This document shows positions 9,007 through 16,689 of a stretch of 32,000 nucleotides of DNA, one piece after another. Location of the stretch: NCBI GenBank assembly GCA_963528875.1, contig CAURWT010000002.1:180001-212000 (forward strand). The letters are read 5' to 3'. The stretch's first letter is position 1. Each line of letters starts with the position of its first letter. The DNA is from an uncultured Candidatus Saccharimonas sp. Lineage in GTDB: Bacteria > Patescibacteriota > Saccharimonadia > Saccharimonadales > Saccharimonadaceae. The translations under genes were made by a program, and so were the position numbers. The notes beneath the pieces are model-generated. The model did no database searches, was not told where the DNA came from, and worked only from the letters and a program-made list of their open reading frames with translations.

Positions 9007-11037
9007 TTATTCTACTCGTCCAGTATTTATACCAGCTGAGCCATTTGTTCCTTCTTGTGCTTCAACTTGAGTTCCTCCATTATTATAGGCGCTTTCCCAA
9101 GTTTGACTTGTTGTGTCATTTATCCAACCATCAGCCCTGTATTGAGGGGTTACCTCTACATTACCTTGACCTACAACAGTTTCATTGGCTAAATCTACGC
9201 TTGGCTGGATATTTAAATCAGGTTGAGCTGCAGGAGCCTCATATACGTTTGGCACTTCCTGTATCTCATCTTGCTGATTGCCCTCGTTAGTATTAACCTC
9301 AAATTTTTGTCCATCAACTTTAGCTTCAGGATTTAAGTTTGCATTGACGTTAATGTCTTTCGTAGGGTCTTTAGCCTCTAACTCTTGTGGAGGTGTCTCC
9401 GGTGTAGTAGGTGGCGTTTCAGGAGGGGTTTCTGGTGTAGGTGCTGGTGGGTTTTCGGTATTTGGTGCTGGTGGGGTATAAGCTTCTTCAAATGGAATCA
9501 CTGGAGTTGTCCAAGTGTTTGGAATTTCAGCAATCTTCTTCATAACCATTTGCTTACACTGGTCACGAATCAAAATTTGTTGCCCATTTTTCAATTCAAC
9601 TATACGAGCTGTTCCACCGAACGCACCTTCGGCATGAGCATAATCTTTATTAGAATTCACAAATAGTGAGTAATAATCACCGTCCAAAGTTTGATTTCCA
9701 ACAACTTTAGCGCCTTCCATATATTTCGAATATGCATCATTCATTTTTTTGAAAGCCGTCTGATCGCCATTTCGAGCGGCATCAACCAAATCATCAACCT
9801 CAGTATTCGAAATTCCAAGTAGATTTTGAGCAGATTCAGCATCGTTCACAAAGAATTGTCCCATATATTCAATATTGTCTTCGTTGTGCGATTCAATCAT
9901 TTTCTTTTGATATTCTTCATTCGAAAGTTTTGAAGTATCCGTTCCGATAGAATATTTGCTCTCTTTTTGATCGATGTTATTATAATCATCATTTTCAGAG
10001 TCATATTTACCGTTGTTAAAGTTCTTTTCTTGCTCTTGAGCATTACTATTATCAAAGTTTGCCAGTTTATTAAATTCAGATGCAGAACTTTCACTAAGTT
10101 CAGTTCTAGTATTATCTTCAACTTTTGGCTCACTGTTATTTACATGAACTGGTTCAGCGGATCTACGACCAGCTACGAATGAGATTGCGCCAAAACCAAC
10201 CAATGCCATAATTCCTAAAACAGCCTTACCAGCTCTTTTCATGAACTCTCGGGATTGTCCAGCTTTAGCTTCGATATTATCATCTTGATCAACAACATTT
10301 TTTGCCCTATCGGCTCGTTTTTGTTTGCTAAACGTAAATTCAGCATCACTTAGCTCAATAGAATCTTTTTTAGACTCTTTTTTTTCATTTGAAGGTTGTT
10401 CAATCTGAACCTGGGCATTATTTTTTTCGCCAGAATCTTTGACTACAGGTTCCGCCATTGCATTTTCCCAAATTGTATCAAGAACCTTTTGTCGATATTC
10501 TGGTTTTTTCGAATATTCCCATATAAATCGATCTTCAAGCTTATTGTTTAAACCGTCAAAATTTACACCGTTTTTTGAAAAATCATTCGAAGCTTCAATT
10601 AATTGCTGACGATATTTATTTTTAACTTCTTCACTTTCCGCATTTTGAATCATTTTAGCCAACGAATTCATTCTTTTAATTTCCAAACTCGCTCCTACAG
10701 CTTGATCCATTTCTTCTTTTGAAAGAGTAGAAATTTCATAAGGTTGTTCGCTTTCAACTCGATTTTCACCATTTTCCATTTGGCGGTAGTGTTCGTCGCG
10801 CTCCATCATTTCATCAAAAGCAACTTTATCACCTTTATGAATCGCATCGCGAACAGATTTATCAAATTTTTTCGCACCTTTCTTCAATTCTTCTTCACGC
10901 TTCTTAAGAGCATCAGCTTCGGCCTTTGCTTCTTGTTTTTGGTTTAGTTCTTCACGAAGAACATCCCAAGAACCATAAGCGTCTTCGAAAGACTTGCTTG
11001 CGTCTGGCGCAGAATTAAAATTTTCCCCGTTTTTCAT
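9007..11037 (-). CDS. Hypothetical bitopic membrane protein with Pro/Thr/Glu-rich linker
   Basis: 676 aa. An acidic, coiled-coil-like N-terminal region of about 270 aa is followed by a single TM (AVLGIMALVGFGAISFVAG) and then an extracytoplasmic part containing PPAPNTENPPAPTPETPPETPPTTPETPP. Only 12 nt separate it from the downstream LPXTG gene. Confidence 0.7.
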   Translation of the reverse strand: MKNGENFNSAPDASKSFEDAYGSWDVLREELNQKQEAKAEADALKKREEELKKGAKKFDKSVRDAIHKGDKVAFDEMMERDEHYRQMENGENRVESEQPYEISTLSKEEMDQAVGASLEIKRMNSLAKMIQNAESEEVKNKYRQQLIEASNDFSKNGVNFDGLNNKLEDRFIWEYSKKPEYRQKVLDTIWENAMAEPVVKDSGEKNNAQVQIEQPSNEKKESKKDSIELSDAEFTFSKQKRADRAKNVVDQDDNIEAKAGQSREFMKRAGKAVLGIMALVGFGAISFVAGRRSAEPVHVNNSEPKVEDNTRTELSESSASEFNKLANFDNSNAQEQEKNFNNGKYDSENDDYNNIDQKESKYSIGTDTSKLSNEEYQKKMIESHNEDNIEYMGQFFVNDAESAQNLLGISNTEVDDLVDAARNGDQTAFKKMNDAYSKYMEGAKVVGNQTLDGDYYSLFVNSNKDYAHAEGAFGGTARIVELKNGQQILIRDQCKQMVMKKIAEIPNTWTTPVIPFEEAYTPPAPNTENPPAPTPETPPETPPTTPETPPQELEAKDPTKDINVNANLNPEAKVDGQKFEVNTNEGNQQDEIQEVPNVYEAPAAQPDLNIQPSVDLANETVVGQGNVEVTPQYRADGWINDTTSQTWESAYNNGGTQVEAQEGTNGSAGINTGRVE

Positions 11038-11075
11038 TTCTGTCCTTGTTTATTTTTAATTTATTTTACTACCGT

Positions 11076-11104
11076 ATTTTACCACAAGCGTATTAAAAAG
11101 TCAA
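11076..11104 (-). promoter_or_regulatory. Predicted promoter of the 676-aa/480-aa surface-protein genes
   Basis: Minus strand: TTGACT, 17 nt, TAAAAT, with TGg extended -10. Confidence 0.5.
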
Positions 11105-11113
11105 CACTTTTTT

Positions 11114-11150
11114 AAAAAATAAAATCGATATTTCTACCGATTTTATTTTT
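11114..11150 (-). terminator. Terminator-like hairpin after the 159-aa gene
   Basis: aaaatcg / 10-nt loop / cgatttt, flanked by A and T runs. The stem is AT-rich and therefore weak. Confidence 0.45.
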
Positions 11151-11158
11151 GCTAGATA

Positions 11159-11638
11159 TTAAGCTTCAATATTTCCAGAAATTGCTCGAATAATGTTTAA
11201 AACACGTTTCCCCGTTGGAACTTCTCGGCGAATAGATTTCATTGTGCGAATTTCTTGAACAAGTTCTTCTTGTGTTTTAAATTGATTTTCCCGCAAGCTA
11301 AATTTATCTTCACGACCTTCATAAGTTTCGAAGTTTGCGTTATGATGATCTTTGAAATGTATAATATTCGAGCTTTGAGCTTCATCATCTCGCAAGAGAA
11401 AACTACTGCTTTCGCGGTTAGCATATCGTTCAGCTAGCGCATAAATATTGTTCAAGTTTTCAAGAGCTTCATTTTTCGAACTCTCTCGAGATTCTTCAAT
11501 TTCTGTTTGCTGTTCTGAACTTAAACTTTCAGGAGAGTCAAATTTAAAATCTTGAAATTCTCCAGAATTATTCTCTTGCTCAAGAGATTTTTTATCTTGC
11601 TCGTTCGTATTGTAATCGTTTATCTTAAAATTTTCCAT
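11159..11638 (-). CDS. Hypothetical acidic protein
   Basis: 159-aa ORF, Glu/Ser/Asn-rich, with no recognisable motif. It sits between ileS and the surface-protein genes on the same strand. Confidence 0.5.
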   Translation of the reverse strand: MENFKINDYNTNEQDKKSLEQENNSGEFQDFKFDSPESLSSEQQTEIEESRESSKNEALENLNNIYALAERYANRESSSFLLRDDEAQSSNIIHFKDHHNANFETYEGREDKFSLRENQFKTQEELVQEIRTMKSIRREVPTGKRVLNIIRAISGNIEA

Positions 11639-11673
11639 TTTTGCCTTTTGATTTTTTATGTTTTTGTTTAAAA

Positions 11674-11717
11674 ATAACTTATGCTCGTATTATAGCATAA
11701 GTTATTTTGATTGTCAA
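11674..11717 (-). promoter_or_regulatory. ileS terminator hairpin with an embedded consensus promoter
   Basis: Perfect 11-bp palindrome ataacttatgc/gcataagttat (11674-11705), followed on the minus strand by a U run. On the same strand, TTGACA (11717-11712), 17 nt, TATAAT (11694-11689) overlaps the hairpin. Confidence 0.55.
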
Positions 11718-11725
11718 TATTTTGG

Positions 11726-14623
11726 TTAAGCTTTTTTGAGTGAAATTTTTACTTCTGAACCTTCAACTTTTACAATCTGAGCAAAATCAAGTTCATCTTC
11801 TGAAATTTCAGCCTTTGTGGCCAAAACTTCTTTCGAAATTTCTTGTTCAAATTTCTTGAACGCGTCAAGGACTTCAGCATTTTCAGATGTAAAGTTAAGT
11901 TCAATTCGATCATCAACATTTAGACCAGCTTTCTTGCGTGTGGCCTGAATGTGGCGAATAATTTCACGCATTAAGCCTTCTGCACGGAGTTCAGGAGTTA
12001 ACTCAAAGTCAAATTCAACGCTCTCACTACCAAACTCAACACTTTTAACATTTAATTCTTCCATTAAAATTGGCGCGAAATCAAAAGATTTTGCATTTTG
12101 CGGAACTTTTACACTGGCTAGCGGCTGGCGAATTTTTACGCCATTTTTTGCTCGAAGCGCAAGAGCTTCATTCACATAGCCACGGACTTCGGCCATTTCA
12201 GCAAGTAAGCTCTCATCAATCTCGCCAGCTCCTGGCCAATCTTTCAAATGAACTGAACCATCGCCAATCATTTTGCTCCAAAGTTCTTCCGCCAAGAAAG
12301 GCACGAATGGCGCAAGAATTAACGCAAGATAGCTCAAAACATAGTGGAGCGTTTGATAAGCTTGAAGTTTATCGGCACCGTTTTCGCTCTTCCAGAAACG
12401 ACGTCGTGAACGGCGTACAAACCAGTTTGAAGCGTCATCGAGGAACGGCAAAACACCTTCAAGAGCGCGTGGAATATTATAAACATTCATATTTTCACTA
12501 ATTTCGTTTCGAAGCTCATGAACACGGCTCACAATCCATTTATCAAGCGGATTTTCAAGATCTTTCGAAGGATCTTTGAGTTCGCCGTTAAATTCCCAAC
12601 CGTCAACACTTGCATACATCGTGAAGAAATCATACATATTCCAAATCATCGAAAGTTTGCGTGCAACATCCGAAACATCTTTGTCGTGAAGTGCAAAATC
12701 TTCACCATTCAAAAGTGGGCTCGTTAGCAACAAGAATCGCAAACTGTCGGCTGAATATTGGTCCATTAGTTCGTTAGGATCGGTATAATTACCAAGCGAT
12801 TTACTCATTTTTCGGCCATCATTTCCAGCAACAACACCGGTTGTAATCACATTTTTAAAGGCATTTTTACCGAACAAAGCAGTATTTACCGCATGAACAT
12901 AATAGAACCACGCACGAACCTGACCAATATATTCAACAATAAAATCACCTGGGAAATTCTTTTCGAACTTTTCTTTGTTTTCGAAAGGATAATGGAACTG
13001 CGCAAATGGCATTGAACCACTTTCAAACCAACAGTCAAGCACTTTATCAATTCGAGTGTATTTTTCGCCATCAATTTCGAAAGTAATTTCATCAACCCAA
13101 GGTCGATGGTAATCTTCAAGTTCCACGCCGCTCAATTCTTTAAGCTCGGCATAAGAACCAACCACGCGAATCTTACCGCTTTCAGACTTCCAAACTGGCA
13201 TTGCTGTCGCCCAAAAACGGTCGCGCGACAAATTCCAATCTGGTGCGGCTTCAAGATTTTTTTCGAAACGACCGTGCTTCAAGTGTGCTGGGAACCAGTT
13301 AATATTTTCATTTTGTTCAATCATTAGCTCTTTTTGACCTTGAATATCAAAGAACCAACTTGGGTGTGCTCGATACATCAATCGGTGACCTGTTCGTGGA
13401 TTGTGTGGGTATTCGTGGCGAATGTAATCGATTCTCCAAACTACACCACGTTCTTTCAAGATTTTCGCTAATGGCTTATTAAATTCCCACACATCTTCAC
13501 CAGCAAATTCGCCGTCAATATATTTTCCGTATTCATCTAAAACGTGAAAAACTGGAATTCCATATTTTTTACCAAAGTTAAAGTCTTCTTCGCCATAAGC
13601 TGGTGCCGAGTGGACAATTCCCGTTCCACTTTCAAGAGAAACATAGTCTGCACCCCAAACTTTATAAGCATTCTCTTCACCTTCACCAGAATATTTCGAA
13701 TCTTCAGAAAGTGGTTCGTATCTCAAACCAATCAAATCCACGCCATCAATCAAATTGACAATTTCGAAAGGAATCGGTTGTTTTTTTTCATCAACAAAAA
13801 CTTTTTCGAGCAAATCTTTTGCCAAAATGAAGAATTCATCACCAACTTTTACTTTTGCGTAGGTAATTTCAGGATTCACAAACAAGCCCATATTGGCCGG
13901 CAAAGTCCAAGGAGTCGTTGTCCAAGCGAGCATTGCAGTTTTATCTTTTGAGCCTTCTGCATCTTCGAAATCTTTCAACCAAAATTTTACAAAAACGCTT
14001 GGGTCGGTAACAGTTTTATAGGCGTCGTTATCCATTGTAACTTCACTTTTCGAAAGTGGAGTTGCCCACGCCGTGTCATACATTAGAACGCGTTCACCTT
14101 CGTAAATTTTACCCTTTTCGTAAAGAGTTTTGAATGCCCACCAAACAGACTCCATAAAATCTTTATCCATCGTTTTGTAAGCATTTTTAAATTCAACCCA
14201 GCGGCCAATGCGATCAATCGTATTTTCCCAAAGCGCCGCATTCGAAACCATGCTTTCGCGCGCAGTCGTAATATATTCGGCGAGCGAAATTTTTTCACCA
14301 ACTTCGTGCCGAGAAGTGATACCGAGCTTTTTCTCAACAAAGTTTTCGGCTGGCAAACCGTGCGTATCCCAACCCCAACGGCGTTCAACTCTTTTGCCAA
14401 GCATCGTTTGATAGCGCGGAACAGCATCTTTTACGATTGAGCTAAGGAGTGTCCCGTGGTGTGGCACGCCTGTGATAAATGGAGGGCCATCATAAAACAC
14501 GAAGGTGTTATCTTCGCTACGATTTTCAACTGATTGCTCGAAAGTTTTTTCTGCTTTCCAACGCGCCAAAACATCGGCTTCGTATTCTTTTGCTCGTCTT
14601 CTTGAATTTGCTTGAAATTTCAT
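11726..14623 (-). CDS. ileS: Isoleucine--tRNA ligase, type 2 (eukaryote/archaea-like)
   Basis: 965 aa. Contains YDGPPFITGVPHHGTLL (HIGH region in the type-2 GPPF-TG context), KMSKSLGN, WNLSRDRFWATAMPVW and an editing-domain insertion. AGGAGG Shine-Dalgarno sequence upstream. Confidence 0.92.
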   Translation of the reverse strand: MKFQANSRRRAKEYEADVLARWKAEKTFEQSVENRSEDNTFVFYDGPPFITGVPHHGTLLSSIVKDAVPRYQTMLGKRVERRWGWDTHGLPAENFVEKKLGITSRHEVGEKISLAEYITTARESMVSNAALWENTIDRIGRWVEFKNAYKTMDKDFMESVWWAFKTLYEKGKIYEGERVLMYDTAWATPLSKSEVTMDNDAYKTVTDPSVFVKFWLKDFEDAEGSKDKTAMLAWTTTPWTLPANMGLFVNPEITYAKVKVGDEFFILAKDLLEKVFVDEKKQPIPFEIVNLIDGVDLIGLRYEPLSEDSKYSGEGEENAYKVWGADYVSLESGTGIVHSAPAYGEEDFNFGKKYGIPVFHVLDEYGKYIDGEFAGEDVWEFNKPLAKILKERGVVWRIDYIRHEYPHNPRTGHRLMYRAHPSWFFDIQGQKELMIEQNENINWFPAHLKHGRFEKNLEAAPDWNLSRDRFWATAMPVWKSESGKIRVVGSYAELKELSGVELEDYHRPWVDEITFEIDGEKYTRIDKVLDCWFESGSMPFAQFHYPFENKEKFEKNFPGDFIVEYIGQVRAWFYYVHAVNTALFGKNAFKNVITTGVVAGNDGRKMSKSLGNYTDPNELMDQYSADSLRFLLLTSPLLNGEDFALHDKDVSDVARKLSMIWNMYDFFTMYASVDGWEFNGELKDPSKDLENPLDKWIVSRVHELRNEISENMNVYNIPRALEGVLPFLDDASNWFVRRSRRRFWKSENGADKLQAYQTLHYVLSYLALILAPFVPFLAEELWSKMIGDGSVHLKDWPGAGEIDESLLAEMAEVRGYVNEALALRAKNGVKIRQPLASVKVPQNAKSFDFAPILMEELNVKSVEFGSESVEFDFELTPELRAEGLMREIIRHIQATRKKAGLNVDDRIELNFTSENAEVLDAFKKFEQEISKEVLATKAEISEDELDFAQIVKVEGSEVKISLKKA

Positions 14624-14631
14624 TATTCCTC

Positions 14632-15561
14632 CTATGAATTTACTTTATAGCTTAGTTTCATCATTTCTTTTGCAGTTTCTAATTGGTCGATACTATCTAT
14701 TTTTATTTGATAACAGCCAGTAGCCCAATGTCCTTTTTTCGAAACATCTTCAATATCGAAATATATTTTTGGATCAAAATCAGAACGTTCAATATTAAGA
14801 TTTAAATATAGAGAGTTTTTCTGAACAATAATACTAAAAATATTTTTCTTTCTAACTTTAAAAGCCAAATACGTCTTCTTCACATCTGGTTGAATTTCTG
14901 GACTAATATTCTCAGCAAAATCTTTCAATTCCCAATAAAACTCCTGAATAGAATCCGAGCCTCTAGACACTAGTTCGTCTTCACTATAGTTGACAATTTC
15001 CTTGAGCACAGTTTTCTCGTCATTACTATTTTTTGCTATATTCGCTTGGCTTTTTTGACTTCTACCCTTTTTCATACCCTTTTGTAAGTACTCCACAATA
15101 TCGCCATATTTCCTAAATTCATATAGTTCAACTGGGAAATTCTCGGTAGTATATTCGCTTGCTCTAAGCTGGTATTCAGTGAATTTTGGAGAAATAAGAA
15201 TTACGCGCGACTGAGACCAATCGATTTCTGGTATTCCTCCTCCGTTTTTCTCAATAAATTTTAAAATAAAAGCTTCTTTATTTTTCAACATCAACGATAA
15301 GTAAGCCAGACCTTGATCTGCAACAGAATCACTTTTAATTTTTTTATATTCAATGATTACAAAACTATTACTCTCATCGTCAAATGCCAAAGTATCTATC
15401 CGTAAATTGTCAACAGCAAACTCTGTTTCTATAAATCTTAACCCAAAAACCTCTTCAAGATTGTCTTCAGTCATTTTTTGAATATCTTTCTCAAGATATT
15501 TCTGAGAAACGTTCTCTTGTTTGATAGCTGTTAATTTTTCATTGTTCAATCTATAAAGCAT
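14632..15561 (-). CDS. NucS/DUF91-like PD-(D/E)XK nuclease-fold protein with a C-terminal DUF5655-like domain
   Basis: RIDTLAFDDESNSFVIIEYKK fits the D...(D/E)XK motif of NucS-type nucleases. I place the start at ATG 15561 (MLYRLNN), 6 nt after a strong GGAGAGGAG Shine-Dalgarno sequence; the ORF-track start at 15591 would translate that sequence. Confidence 0.65.
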   Translation of the reverse strand: MLYRLNNEKLTAIKQENVSQKYLEKDIQKMTEDNLEEVFGLRFIETEFAVDNLRIDTLAFDDESNSFVIIEYKKIKSDSVADQGLAYLSLMLKNKEAFILKFIEKNGGGIPEIDWSQSRVILISPKFTEYQLRASEYTTENFPVELYEFRKYGDIVEYLQKGMKKGRSQKSQANIAKNSNDEKTVLKEIVNYSEDELVSRGSDSIQEFYWELKDFAENISPEIQPDVKKTYLAFKVRKKNIFSIIVQKNSLYLNLNIERSDFDPKIYFDIEDVSKKGHWATGCYQIKIDSIDQLETAKEMMKLSYKVNS

Positions 15562-15577
15562 GTTTTTCTCCTCTCCT

Positions 15578-15780
15578 AAATTAAAAATCACCTCTTTTAG
15601 ACTCGAGAACCAAGCAAGCTCGGCGATACCATCTCGATTCCAAAAGAAGTGATTCTTTTAGCCCTTAATTTTAGCTTTCACGGAGCTTTCCCGCCCAGTT
15701 CTAATCAGTTTTCGAAACCTTTCTTCTGGGAGCTTCGCGGTTGATAGCCGCTCATTCATCAAAATAAAACGCTTTTATGA
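15578..15780 (-). ncRNA. Candidate structured RNA of about 200 nt, either a leader/attenuator or a stand-alone sRNA
   Basis: GC-richer than the flanking DNA, with no ORF on either strand. It starts about 7 nt after the promoter at 15786-15814. It ends in a long hairpin (15589-15651; 13 bp, a mismatch, 6 bp, then an apical 5-bp stem with a CUUG loop), followed directly by AUUUUUAAUUU. An alternative 9-bp pairing with the terminator 5' arm exists at 15721-15729. Confidence 0.4.
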
Positions 15781-15785
15781 TTTTT

Positions 15786-15814
15786 ATTTTATCAAAATTT
15801 AAAAATATTTTCAA
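15786..15814 (-). promoter_or_regulatory. Predicted extended -10 promoter driving the candidate RNA / nuclease gene
   Basis: Minus strand: TTGAAA, 17 nt, TAAAAT, with TGa immediately upstream. Confidence 0.5.
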
Positions 15815-15988
15815 GCTTTTAAGTGTTTTATTTATTACTATCCTTCGGACAGCTAAATAAAACCGACACGACACTATTATTTACTACTTTTAGAAATTTC
15901 CAACATTTCATCTGCGAGCTTTTTAGTGCCTTAGATTGCGATTGTCGCCTGTAAACCCTCCGAGCATCTCATCTTTAAAGCTTAATTA

Positions 15989-16026
15989 GTTGCCATATCC
16001 CTTAATAATTTAGAATATGACATAAT
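15989..16026 (+). repeat. Orphan degenerate CRISPR repeat
   Basis: gttgccatatcccttaataatttagaatatgacataat. The 3' 24 nt match the array repeat at 22/24 positions, including TGACATAAT. The 5' third has diverged and carries indels. It has the same orientation as the array and lies 663 nt from repeat 1. Confidence 0.6.
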
Positions 16027-16042
16027 TACAGATGGATATAAT

Positions 16043-16070
16043 AAAAATAGTGTAATATTTACACTATTTT
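16043..16070. terminator. Bidirectional terminator-like hairpin
   Basis: Perfect 10-bp inverted repeat aatagtgtaa/ttacactatt with a 3-nt loop, an A run on the left and a T run on the right. It overlaps the stop of the 76-aa ORF. Confidence 0.5.
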
Positions 16071-16294
16071 AAACTTTGAGAAACAAGAGATGGTATGGAA
16101 GATATAGAAAAATACACAATAATAGCTCCTATAATAGTGATTAGGAATTGAGTAACAACAATAAATGTTATAACATTAACATTAGCTTGAATACTTCGTT
16201 GAATTTTATATTGAGCTTCTAAATAGTCCTTTTCGGTAAATTCATTTTTTTCTTGCATAAACAACTCCATTAAATTTTTATATTTCTGAATCAT
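16064..16294 (-). CDS. Small membrane protein (76 aa, one C-terminal TM)
   Basis: A hydrophilic N-terminus is followed by VITFIVVTQFLITIIGAIIVYFSISSIPSL. It overlaps the upstream ORF by 17 nt. No obvious Shine-Dalgarno sequence. Confidence 0.5.
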   Translation of the reverse strand: MIQKYKNLMELFMQEKNEFTEKDYLEAQYKIQRSIQANVNVITFIVVTQFLITIIGAIIVYFSISSIPSLVSQSLK

Positions 16295-16664
16295 CAGTAT
16301 AAGATTTAATTATACGTGATTTCCTGAAATAATAGTAAGGGATCTGTAGGGCAATAAAGAAAAGCCAAACAAATGAAGAATTATTTTTTTGTGAATTATA
16401 CATAAAAAACATAAGCACAAAAAAGAAAGATAGCCATAAAACATGTTTTCGCATTTTAGAAATTTCTTGGCGTATATCGTGCTTAAGTCGTTGTCTTAAA
16501 AGATTTCTTGTCTCAATCGCTAAAGCTTCTTTTTGAGTGTTTTCTTGATATGCATCTGAAGCTTTTCGCTGATTTTCTCTTGAAGCAAAACTTTTATTTT
16601 CTTCAATTTCAATATTATTGTTTAATGGCTCTATTATTTTCTTATCCATAATTTCATTATACAT
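16278..16664 (-). CDS. Small membrane protein (128 aa, two TM helices)
   Basis: A charged N-terminal region of about 70 aa is followed by VLWLSFFFVLMFFMY and FVWLFFIALQIPYYYF. The start codon lies only 25 nt from CRISPR repeat 1. Confidence 0.5.
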   Translation of the reverse strand: MYNEIMDKKIIEPLNNNIEIEENKSFASRENQRKASDAYQENTQKEALAIETRNLLRQRLKHDIRQEISKMRKHVLWLSFFFVLMFFMYNSQKNNSSFVWLFFIALQIPYYYFRKSRIIKSYTDDSEI

Positions 16665-16689
16665 TAAGAATAAGCTTATTTCAATAAAT

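Noticed and set aside
9385-9480. Tandem DNA repeat as a possible independent repeat element
   Set aside because: It is the coding sequence of the PETPP-type Pro-rich linker of the 676-aa protein, so the protein's low complexity explains it.
11949-14427. Several ORFs of 70-140 aa inside ileS, antisense or out of frame (for example 12070-12501, 13544-13951, 14083-14427)
   Set aside because: They are fully embedded in a 965-aa gene with clear synthetase motifs and have no motifs of their own. Such shadow ORFs are typical.
14632-15561. The nuclease gene as Cas4
   Set aside because: Cas4 carries a four-Cys Fe-S cluster and RecB motifs. This protein has no such Cys pattern and shows a NucS-type motif instead.
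15661-15690. A possible second degenerate repeat (gcccttaattttagctttc) inside the candidate RNA region
   Set aside because: Similarity is limited to cccttaat/tttag, with no conserved 3' TATAAT block. It is not distinguishable from chance.
15578-15780. Attempted identification as a T-box, SRP RNA, tmRNA, RNase P RNA, 6S RNA or a known riboswitch (TPP, SAM, FMN, c-di-GMP, ZTP, fluoride)
   Set aside because: I could not find the diagnostic consensus blocks (the T-box GGUGGUACCGCG-type sequence, SRP GGAAGCAGC, a tmRNA tRNA-like end, RNase P GAGGAAAGUCC, and so on) on either strand. It is kept only as an unclassified candidate.
16064-16664. The two small ORFs as Csn2 (which would make the locus II-A)
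   Set aside because: Csn2 is a soluble protein of about 220 aa or more. These are 76-aa and 128-aa proteins dominated by TM helices.
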